Source: an uncultured Alphaproteobacteria bacterium (GTDB taxonomy: Bacteria; Pseudomonadota; Alphaproteobacteria; Caulobacterales; Hyphomonadaceae). Taken from it: DNA of 64,000 nucleotides. The notes under the pieces are model-generated. The model was not told the origin of the DNA, made no database searches, and saw only the letters and a list, made by a program, of their open reading frames with translations. Positions 61,572 through 64,000 of this stretch are shown one piece after another (position 1 is the first letter of the stretch; each line of letters opens with the position of its first letter). A program made the position numbers and the translations under genes. Location of the stretch: assembly GCA_963973995.1 (NCBI GenBank), contig CAXBCO010000003.1:133273-197272 (forward strand), in the 5' to 3' direction.

Positions 61572-62921
61572 CTATTGGATGGCGATCAGCTTGGCCTCAT
61601 CAGTGAGGATAAGCAATTTGTCCTGTACGGCGATGGGTTCGAGGTAAGTGGTCGAGCCCAGCTTCACAGAGCCGGTCTGCTGCCCGGTTTGGGGCGAAAA
61701 GGCAAGTAGCTCACCTGTTGAAGACACGATCACGACACGTCCCGACGCGATGATTGGCCCGGAATAGCTGATCCGGCCCTTCTTCTTCTTCTCTTTTTTG
61801 AACTTCCTCAGCGTCGTCACCCAATAGGCTTCGCCATTGGCCGGATTGACGGCCGACAACGTGTCATCGACGCCCAGAATGAACATGTATTGTCCGGCCA
61901 GGGCGGGGGCCTGTGTCGAACCCGTTGCGATCGACCAGACGCGCGTGCCGCTGCGTCCATCGATCGCGACGGTCACACCAGACTGGCTGGATGCGAACAC
62001 GAGCCCACCCGACAGCACCGGGCGCGAGCCAATGTCATTGATTTCGGAGATCGGCGTGAACCGGCCGGCCTGCGAGATCGCGTCAGTCCAGAGGCGACGG
62101 CCGTTCGAGGCGAGATAGGCGATGATCTCGCCCGACGAATACGGCGCGATGACAAAGTCCTCGACAGCGGCGGCGCTGGAGCTGCCGAGCACCCGGGCCG
62201 TTTCAGCAATCGCCTGGTCGCTCCATTCGGTCTCGCCGGTTGCCAGCGTCAGCGCGAAAATTTCGTTATTGTTGGAAGCGACGAAGATCCGGCCATCCTT
62301 GATGGTGGGCGCGCCCGTCATCGGCGCACCCATCTCCCGCTTCCATTTCTCGGTGCCGGTGGCCGCGTCCAGCGCAGCCACAAAGCCAAAGCCGCTCGCC
62401 ACGATCAGCGTATCGCCCTCAACGGCCAGGCCGCCGCCCAGCGCACTCTTGTCGCGCTTGGACAGGCCCTTCAGCTTTTTCTTCCACTGCGCACGTCCGG
62501 TCGCGAGGTCTGTCGCCACGACCGACTGGTCGGCGTCCAGCGTGAACACGGTCGTCTCGCTGGTCACAGGCGGCGTCGTCAACGCCGATTTCTTGTCTGA
62601 GCCTGCACCCACATCCGCACGCCACGCAATTTTCAACTGAGGCGCCGCGCTGACATGGCCGACCACTTTGGCGGCATTGGCACCCGCCTGCGACCAGGCC
62701 TTGATCGGCGTCGCTTCGGGCAACTCGATCTCCACGCCGGCAAGTTCCGGGTTCGGCTTGATGGCCTCATCGGTCAGCACCATGGTGATCCGGCCCGCCT
62801 TGTCCTCGGCGGCCTGCTGCTTGGCCTTGCTGGCGCCGAAGCGCGGAAAACTGCTGCATGCAGTCAGGGTCAGCGCCGCACCCAGGACAAGGGCGGCGGC
62901 GAGTTTACGCGATGGACTCAT
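61572..62921 (-). CDS. bamB: Outer membrane protein assembly factor BamB (PQQ-like beta-propeller lipoprotein)
   Basis: Lipobox LTLTAC. Repeated propeller blades. Conserved yfgM-bamB-der order. Confidence 0.8.
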   Translation of the reverse strand: MSPSRKLAAALVLGAALTLTACSSFPRFGASKAKQQAAEDKAGRITMVLTDEAIKPNPELAGVEIELPEATPIKAWSQAGANAAKVVGHVSAAPQLKIAWRADVGAGSDKKSALTTPPVTSETTVFTLDADQSVVATDLATGRAQWKKKLKGLSKRDKSALGGGLAVEGDTLIVASGFGFVAALDAATGTEKWKREMGAPMTGAPTIKDGRIFVASNNNEIFALTLATGETEWSDQAIAETARVLGSSSAAAVEDFVIAPYSSGEIIAYLASNGRRLWTDAISQAGRFTPISEINDIGSRPVLSGGLVFASSQSGVTVAIDGRSGTRVWSIATGSTQAPALAGQYMFILGVDDTLSAVNPANGEAYWVTTLRKFKKEKKKKGRISYSGPIIASGRVVIVSSTGELLAFSPQTGQQTGSVKLGSTTYLEPIAVQDKLLILTDEAKLIAIQ

Positions 62922-63667
62922 TGACCAGTCTCCTCAGACTCTGCAGGGGCGGGCGCGGGAGCCGGCGCTTCGGTTTCTGTTTCTTGTACCTGGCTGTCGG
63001 CATCCGGGGCCGGTGCGGCCTCTTCAACCACAGGGATGGCGGCCAGCGCGAGTTCGGCCCGGCGCTTGACGCCTGCCGGCGCGGCGGCATCGAAGCGCAG
63101 CCGGTTAAATTCGGTCCGGGCCCGGGCCGTGTCACCCGTCGCAAAGGCCTTGGCTGCAATCAGTTCACGCGCCAGAGCGCCGAGCGGGCCCTCGTCATCG
63201 ACGAGGCTGCCCAGCGTGGCTTCCAGTTCGGTCATCGACTGGCCATCAGCCTTGAAATAGGCCTTTTTCAACAAGGCGAGGCGGTCAAAGGGACCGCCCT
63301 CGACCGCGCCAATGGCCGCCAGCGCTTCAGCGGCGCCATCGGCATCGCCGCCGCCTTCAAATCGCACCTGCGCCAGGTAGTTCGCCGCCAGCGGCGCCAG
63401 TTTGCTGCCGCCATCGGCGAGGTCCGCAAAGGCGGCCTCAGCTGCCGCATAAGAGCCATTGTGAAGCTCGGACAGGGCTGTTTCCAGTTCGAGGGCGCGG
63501 GCCGTACGGGCAGCTTCCGCCCGGGGCATGATGACAAACTCGTTGACGGCAACCGCGCCAATGACCAGCGCGACAGCGCCATAGACAAAGAACTGGTAGC
63601 GCTTCCACCAGATCTCCAGCCTGTCCTGTCGAATGCTCTCGTCGACTTCTTCGAAAATATCGCTCAA
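62918..63667 (-). CDS. YfgM-like membrane-anchored TPR protein, 249 aa
   Basis: TTG start with a GGAG RBS. One N-terminal helix (YQFFVYGAVALVIGAVAV). Ala-rich helical body and acidic tail. ATGA overlap with bamB. Confidence 0.65.
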   Translation of the reverse strand: MSDIFEEVDESIRQDRLEIWWKRYQFFVYGAVALVIGAVAVNEFVIMPRAEAARTARALELETALSELHNGSYAAAEAAFADLADGGSKLAPLAANYLAQVRFEGGGDADGAAEALAAIGAVEGGPFDRLALLKKAYFKADGQSMTELEATLGSLVDDEGPLGALARELIAAKAFATGDTARARTEFNRLRFDAAAPAGVKRRAELALAAIPVVEEAAPAPDADSQVQETETEAPAPAPAPAESEETGQ

Positions 63668-63736
63668 TTCAGTCGCTCCGGTGTATTTTGTGACTCGGGC
63701 AGGAACCTAGACGGGCGATGCCCACGCTGCAACGTG

Positions 63737-64000
63737 TCAGCGCTGTTCAGGTTCAGGTTTTCTCAGGGCATAGGTCTCGGCCGCGTCCGGAAACCGGCGG
63801 GCGCGGACATCGTCGGCATAGGCCGCCGCCGCATCATTGATGCTGGTGCTCAGGTCGGCATAGCGGCGCACGAATTTCGGCGTCCAGTCGAACAGGCCCA
63901 GCATGTCGTGCGTGACGAGGATCTGGCCGTCACAGGCCGCCGACGCGCCAATGCCGATCGTCGGGCAGCTGACTTCGGCCGTAATATCCGCCGCCAGGTC
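63737..64000 (-). CDS. panB: 3-methyl-2-oxobutanoate hydroxymethyltransferase, C-terminal fragment (runs off the window)
   Basis: My own minus-strand translation: [50 protein letters not shown]...EQR-stop. The PTIGIGAxxxCDGQxLV motif is characteristic of PanB. It is not in the ORF track because the start lies outside the window. Confidence 0.85.
   Translation of the reverse strand, partial: DLAADITAEVSCPTIGIGASAACDGQILVTHDMLGLFDWTPKFVRRYADLSTSINDAAAAYADDVRARRFPDAAETYALRKPEPEQR

Noticed and set aside
1-64000. Search by eye for CRISPR arrays, tRNA/rRNA genes, IS elements, transposases, integrases, prophage genes, toxin-antitoxin pairs and known defence-system genes
   Set aside because: I saw no regularly spaced direct repeats, no tRNA T-arm-like GGTTCGAATCC contexts outside coding sequence, and no ORF with recombinase, nuclease or defence-type motifs. 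tRNAscan-SE, Infernal/Rfam, ISEScan, and DefenseFinder or PADLOC runs would be needed to confirm their absence.

Overview
This 64-kb, high-GC window (about 62-67% in hand-counted lines) is a densely coded chromosomal segment. Its gene content points to an alphaproteobacterium: MucR/Ros, DUF1491, PAS_5/DUF1457, long-form Dcd, MetZ-ApaG, and the radA-cvpA-purF and yfgM-bamB-der arrays. That assignment is an inference. About 65 CDS are supported, mostly housekeeping. They include a PEPC-like enzyme, thiolase, an acyl-CoA ligase, dnaJ, an LpoA-like gene with rsmI and yraN, a class A PBP, rRNA modification enzymes, an ABC-F ATPase, prfC, sufE, alr, mlaEF, radA, cvpA, purF, metZ, apaG, der, bamB and a partial panB. 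I found no rRNA or tRNA genes, CRISPR arrays, transposases, integrases or recognisable defence genes. The least ordinary element is a tightly coupled 10-gene Mrp/Mbh-type cation:proton antiporter-like operon (34971-42971, minus strand). Its gene order is E-F-G-(MrpA C-terminal-like)-B-C-D-D-X-D, so it has three antiporter-like subunits. It also carries an embedded unknown 145-aa membrane protein and a His-rich loop in the MrpC/NuoK-like subunit. Other loci worth a second look: a vWA lipoprotein with five tandem 91-92-aa modules; a single-gene low-GC islet next to a Tat-signal cupin/HxlR pair; an orphan ATP-grasp-like gene overlapping an orphan MOP flippase; a PEPC-like enzyme with altered catalytic-loop motifs; mlaEF followed by a non-MCE membrane protein; and several intergenic palindromes, hairpins and one tandem repeat. 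I cannot establish novelty for any of these without database searches.
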